This document shows, piece after piece, positions 1 through 10,429 of a stretch of DNA of 64,000 nucleotides. How positions within the stretch are numbered: the stretch's first letter is position 1; every line of letters begins with the position of its first letter. Origin of the DNA: Macrostomum lignano (Eukaryota); NCBI GenBank assembly GCA_002269645.1, contig NIVC01002037.1, forward strand, positions 1 through 64,000. The letters are read 5' to 3'. The translations under genes were made by a program, and so were the position numbers. The notes under the pieces were generated by a model. That model was not told where the DNA came from. It saw only the letters and a program-made list of their open reading frames with translations, and searched no databases.

Positions 1-560
1 AATAGTACTTCCGGTGTTGCTTTAAGTGATAACAAATAGTACTTCCGTGTTGCTTTAAGTGAAAACCAAATAGTACTTCCGGTGTTGCTTTAAGTGATAA
101 CCAAATAGTACTTCCGTTTGCTTTAAGTGATAACCAAATAGTACTTCCGGTGTTGCTTCAAGTGACAACCAAATAGTACTTCCGGTGTTGCTTTAAGTGA
201 TAACCAAATAGTACTTCCGGTGTTGCTTTAAGTGATAACCAAATAGTACTTCCGGTGTTGCTTTAAGTGATAACCAAATAGTACTTCCGGTGTTGCTTCA
301 AGTGATAACCAAATAGTACTTCCGGTGTTGCTTCAAGTGACAACCAAATAGTACTTCCGGTGTTGCTTTAAGTGATAACTAAAATAGTACTTCCGGTGTT
401 GCTTTAAGTGATAACCAAATGAACTCCGGTGTTGCTTCAAGTGACAACCAATAGTACTTCCGGTGTTGCTTTAAGTGATAACTAAATAGTACTTCCGGTG
501 TTGCTTTAAGTGACAACAATGGTACTTCCGGTGTTGCTATCAAGTGACAACCAAATACTG
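1..560. repeat. 35-bp tandem minisatellite (aaatagtacttccggtgttgctttaagtgataacc)n, truncated by window start
   Basis: Unit read directly; about 15 copies with small indels. Confidence 0.95.
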
Positions 561-589
561 TATTTGTTTTCTGAAGCAACATTTAACGT

Positions 590-1360
590 AATTTCCGGTG
601 TTGATTTTGGGATATTTTATGACACTCCGGTGTTGCTTTTAGGGATATTATGACACTCCCGGTGTTGCTTTTAGGGATATTTTATGACACTCCCGGTGTT
701 GCTTTTAGGGATATTTTATGACACTCCGGTGTTGCTTTTAGGGATATTTTATGACACTCCCGGTGTTGCTTTTGGGGATATTTTTATGACACCCGGTGTT
801 GCTTTTAGGGATATTTTATGACACTCCCGGTGTTGCTTTTGGGGATATTTTATGACACTCCCGTGTCACTTTAGGGATATTTTATGACACTCCCGGTGTT
901 GCTTTTGGGATATTTTATGACACTCCGGTGTCACCTTTAGGGATATTTTATGACACTCCCGTGTTGCTTTTGGGATATTTTATGACACTCCCGGTGTTGC
1001 TTTTAGGATATTTTATGACACTCCCGGTGTTGCTTTAGGGATATTTTATGACACTTCCGGTGTTGCTTTTAGGGATATTTTATGACACTCCGGTGTTGCT
1101 TTTGGGATATTTTATGACACTCCCGGTGTTGCTTTTAGGGATATTTTATGACACTCCCGGTGTTGCTTTTGGGGATATTTTATGACACTCCCGGTGTCAC
1201 CTTTAGGGATATTTTATGACACTCCCGGTGTTGCTTTTGGGGATATTTTATGACACTCCCGGTGTCACCTTTAGGGATATTTTATGACACTCCCGGTGTT
1301 GCTTTTGGGGATATTTTATGACACTCCCGGTGTTGCTTTTAGGGATATTTTATGACACTT
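590..1360. repeat. 34-35-bp tandem minisatellite (gggatattttatgacactcccggtgttgctttta)n
   Basis: Unit read directly; shares the core ccggtgttgcttt with the preceding array. Confidence 0.95.
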
Positions 1361-2332
1361 CTGATGTGGCTTCCAGCCGCAAAATTGTCTTACACGCACA
1401 ATAAAATACTTGAAGAGTTGATTCGGGAGGTGATCAGTCTCCAGAAAACTCCCACTTCCAGACACTTGAGCCTGGGAACAGAATAAGGTGTTCACTTACT
1501 GTGGCGGGCTCCTCTTCTGTGTTGGGCAGGTTCTCCGAGCTCGTTTCTTTAAATCTTCTTCTCCGGAGGAATCTTCTTGAAGTCTAGAATCGGCCGAAAG
1601 TGAGAGCGTAACAATCAAGTCTGGCGACGTCGCAGTATTTCTCGAATGCAAACCAATATAGGCCTTAGGTTCAATAATCAATATCAACAATGCGCCCTAA
1701 TAACAAGATCAACTTCTGTGATAATAACGAGGTCCTCCAAGAAAGGCGTCTTCTTCTAGAAATAACGGAATCGGAGTGGTGTGCTCCTATCGGTTAATCT
1801 AGGATAACCAAAATCAATCAACTCGATAATCCTCTAAGGGTATCGGAATCGGTCCGCAGATCCCATCCAATCCCTTAGGAAAATGGGAGGCCTCAAATTC
1901 AATGAACTCAGTTGAATAAACTGATCAATAACGGCCGGCAATAAAATCGCTCTCAGTAATCCAAATAACAAAGGCTCGAACAAAGGCTTACCGAACGGTA
2001 TTTATTTCCTCAGAGATGTAGCCTCGCTTAGCTGTTCCAGCAAGCTTCAACATCTTTGGAGGCAGGTCCGAGTCTGAGATTTTGACTCGGATTTTGGCTT
2101 GTATTTATAGTAAACTTTTGGGGTAAACAGGTTATTTTGGGAAGGTGACTCATTTGCGTTTTGGAATTTTGACCTCTCGAAAATTGCATAGAATAAACTA
2201 TATAGGTTTTGCGCGTCAATTCTATTTTTAGAAATGTTGCATAAGATGATCACTCGTTGTTTCGTGGTCTTCTAAAAATGGAGTATGATCACTTGATATT
2301 TTTAGATTCTAAAATTAAGTTTTCGCATTTTT

Positions 2333-2809
2333 ATGTTACTACTTATAGTAGTTCACTTTGTACCGTATTTGGAGATCTCTACATACTTAGCTCGTAGTTC
2401 CACCCGCCGCTGCCCCAACTCAGTCGAGAGCCACTTCTCCGGTGCCGCCCTGCTGTCAACTGGCCGAGTTCGCTACTCATCTGACGACCTGTTCCTACTC
2501 ATCGACCTCCGGCTCCGCCGTCAGCAGCAACAGTCGGCTGGCCTCGGCCAGGCGGGCGGTCTGAACCGGCGCGCCGTGGATCTGGCCAGCAGCATTCGAG
2601 TGTTTCACACGCTGGTGCAGGACTGCCGCAGGGACAGCTCCGAGATTGCTAGGCATTTCAGCTTTTCTACTTCAAGTAGTATGAGTAGCGACGTAGTTGG
2701 CGAGATTTTGCGACCAGACGAGGGCCACCTGCTTCGAGCTCTGCTGCGACAGATGTGCGACTTCGATCGGCCCAGCGGGATGTGGACTCTGAAGCCGGAG
2801 TTTCGCTAG
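2333..2809 (+). CDS. Possible terminal exon or ORF of an uncharacterised protein; C-terminus LRALLRQMCDFDRPSGMWTLKPEFR loosely resembles winged-helix ends such as TFIIF-beta
   Basis: 158-aa ORF, GC-rich island from ~2400 within AT-richer flanks; resemblance is from memory and weak. Confidence 0.35.
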   Translation: MLLLIVVHFVPYLEISTYLARSSTRRCPNSVESHFSGAALLSTGRVRYSSDDLFLLIDLRLRRQQQQSAGLGQAGGLNRRAVDLASSIRVFHTLVQDCRRDSSEIARHFSFSTSSSMSSDVVGEILRPDEGHLLRALLRQMCDFDRPSGMWTLKPEFR

Positions 2810-3189
2810 GAATATAACTTACTACTCACAGTAGCAGGGACATCTTTTTCAAGAGCTTTGTCTAACTAATACTGGTATTCCGCGTAAAGTTTTTATTCTA
2901 TAATGTATTACCTGTAATGTATTTGTTTTTTGAAAAATATTCTTCCTGCAATAATGTTTAGTTAATTTGATCTGTAGAAGTACGAGTATAGCTCGTACTG
3001 AAGTTTAAATATATTACCTTTTTGACCAAATTGACCTGTTAAGCTGTCGGTTGAATATTTTAATAATTTTGTGCCAAAACTATAAGTTATGAAGTTATAA
3101 AGTTACTTAGCTACTTTTTTAAACTTACCAATCTAAATTCAGGGTGCCAAATAAGGTGTTAATGAGATCTTATTCTCTTGCAAAGGTGC

Positions 3190-3630
3190 TAAATCAGGTG
3201 TCTAAGGGATCTAGTTGGCTCACCAAATCAGGTGTCTAAGGGATCTAGTTGGCTCACCAAATCAGGTGTCTAAGTGATCTAATTGGCTCACCAAATCAGG
3301 TGTCTATGGGATCTAATTGGCTCACCAAATCAGGTGTCTAAGTGATCTAATTGGCTCACCAAATCAGGTGTCTAAGTGATCTAATTGGCTCACCAAATCA
3401 GGTGTCTAAGTGATCTAATTGGCTCACCAAATCAGGTGTCTATGGGATCTAATTGGCTCACCAAATCAGGTGTCTAAGGGATCTAATTGGCTCACCAAAT
3501 CAGGTGTCTAAGGGATCTAGTTGGCTCACCAAATCAGGTGTCTAAGTGATCTAATTGGCTCACCAAATCAGGTGTCTATGGGATCTAATTGGCTGACACA
3601 TATCAAATGTCTATGGGGATCTAATTAGCT
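3190..3630. repeat. 34-bp tandem minisatellite (caccaaatcaggtgtctaagggatctagttggct)n
   Basis: Period read directly (cacc at 3221, 3255, ...). Confidence 0.95.
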
Positions 3631-3994
3631 TGCTCAAAATTACGAGTACTTACTTATAATAAAGGCTGTGGTGTCCTTGAAGGCTATGTATCTGTGACTA
3701 CATAACTAAGACATAGCTCGTTCCAATCCTTAGGTAGACCACCCTCTGGTACCTATTGTTTCTATCGTTAGCACGGTTAATTAGATGTTAGTGATGGAAG
3801 TACCTTGATGCTATGATCAAGCTTTTTACGGAACAGGAAGCTAGTGTCAACTCTCAAAGTTTTTTCCTGGACTGTTTGAATCAATAAAATATCAATTCTA
3901 GTGACAATTTATTCAGTTTTAATGTGGTGGTGTTGTTAACTTAATGTTTTTCGCACTGAGAAGCCTTGCCATCGATCTGTCAGCAGATTGAAAT

Positions 3995-4370
3995 ACCGTG
4001 TCGTCTACCAATTGATTTGCTCTGAGAACCAGTGCACCACCTATGCTGGAGAAAACTTAACGACAGTTGTATATGAGGGCTAAGGAGCATTAGGTTCAGA
4101 ACTCTTCAGGACAAGATTATGAATTGACCGTACGTGACATGAGTGGTTGCACTTTCCTGTACGCCCCTTGGCTTGCCCACTGGACTGGCTCATCAAAACT
4201 ACTACAAGTACCAAAGCATAATTTACCTCATTCCAGTGTTTCCTGTCTTATCAACCCAAGTATCTGATATATGTATATATATATACAATTAATGTTGTTT
4301 GTTCACTCTTTCGTTTCAAGTTAAAATCTACCCTGACGAAGTGCTACTTAGGACGAAAAGCTCCCGGTAG
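3995..4370 (+). mobile_element. Degenerate Penelope-like element remnant (GIY-YIG endonuclease fragment plus hammerhead-like motif)
   Basis: 4000-4090 reads VVYQLICSENQCTTYAGE, then after a frameshift RQLYMRAKEH, matching the PLE pattern VVYxIxC..C..Y.GET.R.L..R..EH. Confidence 0.65.
4328..4370 (+). ncRNA. Minimal type I hammerhead ribozyme-like motif, probably degenerate
   Basis: ctacc-CTGACGA-a-gtgct(actt)aggac-GAAA-agctc-cc-ggtag; ctacc pairs with ggtag; stem II has one mismatch; extra bases at the cleavage site. Confidence 0.55.
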
Positions 4371-4793
4371 CTACATGTATATACACTGCATGTACGAGCG
4401 TATGTTGCTTATAACTTTTCTTGCTTCTCTTATCATGCCAGCTTGGAATTCAGTTTATATCAGTTTGTTCAGTTTGAAATAAACGTGGATCCAGAATCCT
4501 GGCTTCTGTAATGAAGTTTTGATATATAAGGATCCAGGCCCTTCCTAGGGTTAGAATTTTGCATATAAGTGAGTTTCCTAATATGGAATAAGGAAATGCA
4601 GCTTGCCAATAGGGTTTCTCTCTTAGTTAGGTTTGCCGTTGGGCAGCGTTTACTGTCTACGAGCTAGTTAAATTGTATGGGTGCTGTGATAGAATACCTA
4701 TTTTTAAGAGCCTAGGCTTTTGTATAAATATAATAAAGCTGGACTCGGCTGCGGAGGTCAGAAATAACGCCTTTAAAGTTTATCTGACTGACA

Positions 4794-6059
4794 ATGCCTC
4801 GCTATCTTGTGTCTCTAGCCCTGCCTCTGCTGCTTCTCAGCAGCTGCTGTTTGCACGGTGAATCTTCTTTGCCGAGCTATGTCGATTTTCTTCACGACTA
4901 CAGCCGCACGTACGACTGTCGATGTCATACGGTTTCTTCGGAATACGACTTCTTGTGCGAGATCGTTAAAAAAGGATTAACGGCAGCAAATAGCAGCATC
5001 AGCTGCTCCAACCTGCCTACAAAAGTGATTGCTCACCTAAACATCAGCTGCTCCGGTTGCAGCAACTGCGTCTCAGTGAACATGCACGAGATGACTCGAG
5101 CTCATTATGACGATGACCAGCAGATAAACTTTTATCCGCCGTCGGAGATTTCACTGAACGATTGTCGGGTCAACAGTCTCAATATTAGAATGATGCAGTT
5201 GAGAGCTGAGAATGTCAGCGTCACTGAAGGCATGGAGATAGCACAGTTCGGTGTGCCACAACATCCGGGTGTTGGTGGCTACTACACCGTGAATGTCACC
5301 TACCCGACTGATTTCAACGCGTCCGATTGTTGGCTGACTTACCTGCACATCAGACGGAGCAGTATGTGGTACTTGCCCGCCTATGTTCTACACAAATGCC
5401 AGTACATTCGTAGTGTAAGCATCGTTGAGTCGCCGATCACGTGGGTATCGATGACTGACCTACTGGCCCTTCGGTCAATCGATAGCTTGACCCTGCGCAA
5501 CTGCAGCGTGAGAACGTTTGCCGATGACGCTTTGTCGAAAGCGCTGACGGCTCTAGATGAATATCTGCAACGAGTTGGTCCGCAGCCAGTCACTGAGAAT
5601 CCTCAAGTAGCAGAGGCTATTAAACGACTGCGTAAGATGAGGCAGGACTCCGGCAAACTGAACTTGGTAATCAATCTGTACGACATGATGGACTCATTCA
5701 ACATCAGCTTTTCGCTGCTATTCGGCTACCGAACCATCAGCCTGGGCAGTGGCTTTTCTCCCTCCGACATTCCGTTCGACGTAGCTCTCAGTTACTTGAA
5801 CTTGCAATACAATGAGCTGACCGAGATCCCTTTTTCTATCAGCATGTTTGGCAATTTAAATGCAATTGACCTTAGTCACAACAAAATACGCAGGCTGTAT
5901 CACAGCTGGCTGTGCTGGTACCCTCCTATACGCGAGGAAGACAAGGCAAACTCTACCAGACACTGCTATTGGTTCAGAGGATCCAGGCAGACTCTGAAAG
6001 TGCTGAACCTTTCTTACAATCGAATCAAACAAATTGGCGAAATTCAACCTTGGCACGGG
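4794..6059 (+). CDS. Toll-like receptor-like gene A, exon 1 (signal peptide, Cys-rich N-terminal region, first LRRs)
   Basis: MPRYLVSLALPLLLLSSCC signal peptide; LRRs LSYLNLQYNELTEIP, LNAIDLSHNKIRRL; donor GGG|gtaagg at 6060, at the same position as in paralog B. Confidence 0.85.
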
Positions 6060-6112
6060 GTAAGGTGCATTGAAAAAATATTATTCATATTTTCATTCGC
6101 AGGATGGCTGTA

Positions 6113-6365
6113 GGCACGTCTTCGGCGACATTGTCCCACAACCAACGCTGAGGCCATTCTGTTCATTCCACTGACTCCACAAGCGCTCCAATACTGTACG
6201 CAGGCACTCACTCATGCACTCGCTCACACAGGGTGTGAAGTGCACAAACCCCCCCCCCCCAACCATTTTTCGTGCACACAAGCCCCAAATGTATGAGGCC
6301 GCGCGCGGAATCGAACCAGGGGTCGTTGCGCGAGAGTCAGACGGGCTTACCGCTAGTTCTCTTGA
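6113..6365 (-). mobile_element. tRNA-derived SINE-like element in intron 1 of TLR-like A
   Basis: Perfect B-box GGTTCGATTCC on minus strand (6307-6317); body similar to copies at ~10430-10600 and ~50442-50570 (gcgacattgtc.cacaacc; cactca...acagg.gtgcacagc). Confidence 0.6.
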
Positions 6366-6546
6366 TAGCCTCGTATTGGGGTTTTATAATAAAACCTGTT
6401 GACAACCCACAATGTCTTTAAACGGACATTGTTCTAAATTCTACTAGCTGTTTCTATCTTCTCGGATACCTTTAAATGACGCCGCGACAATTGTTCTAGT
6501 AAAAAAAGATACCCAGCAAGTTTAAAACCCAACTCGTCACATCTAG

Positions 6547-8851
6547 GTGGCACTGGCCGAGCTGTACCTGCAGAATAATTTTATTGTGAGCATCAATTCG
6601 GACGCATTCAGCTATTCGCTGCTGTCAAAGAGCCTGCTGGCGCTTAACCTCGACGACAACCAACTGCCCTACATTCATTTAAAGTGCTTGAGCCGCCTGG
6701 AGACTCTGAGCATTCGAAATGGTGGCCTGGCAAATATCGAGCTCAGTTCCATTCCCCAGTCGGAAAGGCTTAGGTGGATCAATCTGACCAACAATTCAAT
6801 CAGCTCGATTTCCTACAACGCTTTCAACAATCGTCCAGCCTTGGAGACAATAGATCTAAGGAACAATAGCTTAGAAAATATGTATGCATACAGCTTCAAC
6901 ATGTCGGAGCGTCCAACCTTAAGCTCTCGTGTTGTCTTGTTAATAAGCGGGCAAAAGGTTAAAACGGTCTGCAACTGCTATCACGTCTACGCTTACATAA
7001 CAGAGGAAGAGACCGACTTGGAAAGGACTAACTACCACTATCCAGCGATCCCTAAGCACGAATTGGAAATTACGTCATGCCTATTCTTCTTGAAGGACGG
7101 TGCTAACTCAACTAGAAAACTAAGTGGTGCATCGTACCGCGAGTTCTTATGTGCCTTCAGTGGCGACTATGAACAGAAATTACCGAAAAAATACTGCGAA
7201 CAACCCCCACAATCTCAGTATGCGTCGTACGCAAATGAACCAATCCCCATAACAGGCCTGACTAACAGCACGTTTGAGTGTTGGGAGACTTGCGTACCCG
7301 ACTGCAGCTGCTACCACACGGCCAAGTGGGAGTTGTCCGACCTCAACTGTACCAATATTGATGTAAACATGGTCAGCATACTGCTGCGCATCCCTGTAAA
7401 GTACATGTACTTTTCCGGAATCAGGGAGTCCGACTATTTCCACAGAATAACAAATTCCACACTGAAATGGGAAACACCAAAACTCCGCGATGCCTTAGTA
7501 GTTTTGTTTTTCAACAATAGCAACATTCGCTACATCGAAGAGAATGCGTTCGTAGATAAAACTTCGATAAAGTTTCTATACTTGGACGACAACAGGCTTG
7601 AAAAAGTACCGGCAAAAGCTTTCTGCTCACCGAATTCAGATCTGATTCGGCTAAGTCTATTGAGAAACAACCTAACTTGGATTGACCCCTATTTGTTAAA
7701 TTCTAGCTGTCTTCCAAATTTAAACGAACTCAAGATCAGCAGCAATCCGTGGCACTGTCAGTGTAACGAAATGTGGACAAGTCTTCACAAATCTCTAATT
7801 AGTGTGGCGCGCACAACGCAAGTTGTCCCAGATTTCGAAAGTATGCGTTGCCAAGTGGATCCGGCAATTATTGAAGCCTGCGAATTGAACAGATGGAATG
7901 ATGCCTGGCGACTTGATTGCCAAAAAATTCTTTTAAGCAATGGATCTCGCGACTATCCAGTGAGCGATGAGGGCGGACTCGTCAGGGTGTGCGAGCTTAT
8001 AGCGGACTCGGCAGCACAGCAGTGAAGGCAGATCGTCCTGATCATTCTGTCCTCATTATTCGGTCTCGCGCTGCTCGGTTTCGCGGTGCTCGCTGTCCGC
8101 CGTCGACACCGACTGCTGGCCGTGGTTCGAGTCCTCATCCTCCTCAAGTACCAGAGCAGTCGGCGACTGCAGCAGCAGACATCTCGGGACTCGCTGCCGT
8201 ACGACGCGATGCTGTGGGCGTCGGACAGAGACCAGGACTGTCTGGTCGACGTGCTGAACTGCGTGCGCAGCGCCTCGGGCGGAGACGAGCTCGAGCTGTG
8301 CGTTCCGGAGAGCTTCCTCTACTCGGACCTGTGCTCCTGTCCGCTCACCTACTTTGACTGTCCGGCTGAGGGAGCCAAGTTCAGCGGCAAGGTGGTGGTG
8401 GCTTTGTCCGAGAGGTTTCTCGACACCCAGTACCTGGCTCTGTGTCAGGTGATTCGAGATCTCGACAGCTTAGGTCGGAATCCGTTCAAGGACATCGTGT
8501 TTCTGCGCCTGAGCTCGCGCAGAGTGTCGCTTCAGCGCCAGAGACAGCTCGGACCTGAGGACGTGGAGGCGTTCCACACTCTGCAGAGAATCCTCGCAGG
8601 GAGCGACATCGAATACAAGTCCGTTGACTGGGAATACAGACTCATCGAGCGCATTCGGAACCGAGATCCGGCCGCCGTTCTCGTGTTTGACTCGTCTGTT
8701 CCGCCAGAGACTTCAGCGGCGGCCACGCCCGCGGTAGCTGACCGCCTTGATATTACCGTCGGGACCGCATCGGAGCCTGAAGAGCTATTAGACCTTCCAG
8801 GCGAGGGGCAGCCATTAATTGTGGACGTTGAGCAGACAATAGATTTTATAA
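6547..8851 (+). CDS. TLR-like gene A, exon 2 (LRRs, internal LRRCT/LRRNT Cys cluster, LRRs, NPWHCQC LRRCT, in-frame TGA at 8023-8025, TM helix, TIR-like domain 1)
   Basis: Acceptor ctag|GTG at 6547; ORFs 6547-8025 and 8086-8904 are in the same frame; TM IVLIILSSLFGLALLGFAVLAV follows the stop; donor A|gtaagt at 8852 (phase 1). Confidence 0.8.
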
Positions 8852-8959
8852 GTAAGTACACAAATTATTGCGGCACTGTTCTGAAATCGGCTTCAAAACG
8901 ATGAGCTCGGAATTTCCACCATTACCCATATAATCTATAATCACATAACCAATATAAAG

Positions 8960-9372
8960 GAAGCCGCACCATCCTGAGCACGATTCGGGATTGGCCGCCG
9001 TTCCACTCGGACAAAGTGCCGGAGGTCTTCATCCTGTCCGCTCCTGAGTCCGCCTCTGACTCCGAGTCCCGAGCCGACCCAGATTCGAGCTCGAACACCG
9101 TCGTCGAGCTCATCGTTCGTCGCCTCCAAGGCGTTCGGCTCGGCACCAACGACGCGGCCCTGGCTGCTCGCTGGCCTGACAACTTCGAGGGCGCCTCGCC
9201 AGCCGGCCGCATCAACAGCTTCCTGATGAAGCGAACTCGCCAGTTCGTGCTGCTGCTCAGCAACGGCCTGCTCAGCTGGCTCAGAGACGAGGCCGAGCTG
9301 CAGTGCGAGTTCCAAGCCTTCCTCGCTGCGAACTCGTTCAGACGCCGCCTGCTGGTAGTTCAGGTTGGACAG
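8960..9372 (+). CDS. TLR-like gene A, exon 3 (TIR-like domain 2)
   Basis: Phase-1 acceptor aaag|GA at 8960; EVFILS...FVLLLSNGLLSWLRDE...RRRLLVVQ is TIR-like; donor CAG|gtgaga at 9373. Confidence 0.65.
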
Positions 9373-9409
9373 GTGAGACTGAGTGAGCAGGTGTGAGTTT
9401 TGACTAGCT

Positions 9410-9855
9410 TTGCCTCACTGCTGTGTGAGTGAGACAGCTGTACCTCACTGCTGTGTGAGTGAGACAGCTCTTCCTCACTGCTGTGTGAGTGAGACAGCTG
9501 TACCTCACTGCTGTGTGAGTGAGACAGCTCTCCCTCACTGCTGTGTGAGTGAGACAGCTCTCCCTCACTGCTGTGTGAGTGAGACAGCTCTCCCTCACTG
9601 CTGTGTGAGTGAGACAGCTCTCCCTCACTGCTGTGTGAGTGAGACAGCTCTCCCTCACTGCTGTGTGAGTGAGACAGCTCTCCCTCACTGCTGTGTGAGT
9701 GAGACAGCTCTCTCTCACTGCTGTGTGAGTGAGACAGCTCTCCCTCACTGCTGTGTGAGTGAGACAGCTCTCTCTCACTGCTGTGTGAGTAAGACAGCTC
9801 TCTCTCACTGCTGTGTGAGTGAGACAGCTGTACCTCACTGCTGTGTGAGTGAGAC
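9410..9855. repeat. 30-bp minisatellite (ctgtgtgagtgagacagctctccctcactg)n in last intron of TLR-like A
   Basis: About 15 near-perfect units. Confidence 0.95.
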
Positions 9856-9884
9856 ATACAGTATCGATCTTTATTCACTCGCAG

Positions 9885-10043
9885 TTGGACAGCCGGTCGA
9901 GAGCTCGCTACCGGGCGCTGGCGAATCAGCGACTGGACGGCGGGGAGTCCGGGCCGGCGACGAACTGGTTCGACATGAGCGCCGATGACTGCGACGTCGA
10001 GGCACTGGGGCTGTGGCTGGACGGAGTGCTGTACAAAAAGTGA
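9885..10043 (+). CDS. TLR-like gene A, exon 4 (end of TIR2, LDSRSRARYRAL...WLDGVLYKK*)
   Basis: Acceptor ttcactcgcag|TTG, phase 0; the four exons total 4143 nt, a multiple of 3. Confidence 0.65.
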   Translation: MDSRSRARYRALANQRLDGGESGPATNWFDMSADDCDVEALGLWLDGVLYKK

Positions 10044-10429
10044 CTCCTGAGCATGAAACTTTGATGAAGCGCACGAAAAGATTGATAAGCAGTAAGAATG
10101 TTATCCCAGTTCGACTTGTAGAATTTAAATATTGAAAAATTAAAAGTGCAATAAATTGCAACCGAATATCACTTTTTCATCGTAAATATTGACCTTAAAA
10201 ATATACAACATGTGAATACGACTAGTTGCTTCACGTTGACTAAGAGCCATTGGCCGAAAAAGAAGAAAATGCTGGGACTTCCTGCTAAACACAGGCAAAG
10301 AGTTGCAAGGCCGCTATCACCCTGGAAGGAAACCGTTAGCCACCAGATTACTCCTTGGTCAAGCGTCCATCAGCACTGACCTACTGTACACTGGGACCTT
10401 ATTGTGTTAGTTATAGGCAGGGGCTGTGT

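Noticed and set aside
1-1360. CRISPR-like appearance of ~35-bp repeats (also 39372-40722)
   Set aside because: Units are contiguous with no unique spacers, there are no cas genes, and the context is eukaryotic
1380-2250. Short minus-strand ORFs, possibly old retroelement debris
   Set aside because: No diagnostic motif found
8023-8025. Selenocysteine recoding of the TGA in TLR-like A
   Set aside because: The paralog has Arg, not Cys, at this position and no SECIS was recognised downstream
7953-9315. Antisense and alternate-frame ORFs over the TLR, 28.7-34.2 kb and SAP30BP exons
   Set aside because: Expected shadows of GC-rich coding sequence
9360-9988. Long repeat-derived ORFs (SHSHSSEGEL, THTAVRESCL) and similar ORFs at 31555-32433, 43521-44240, 46701-47616, 47656-48110, 62296-62864
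   Set aside because: Translations of tandem repeats with no independent sign of coding
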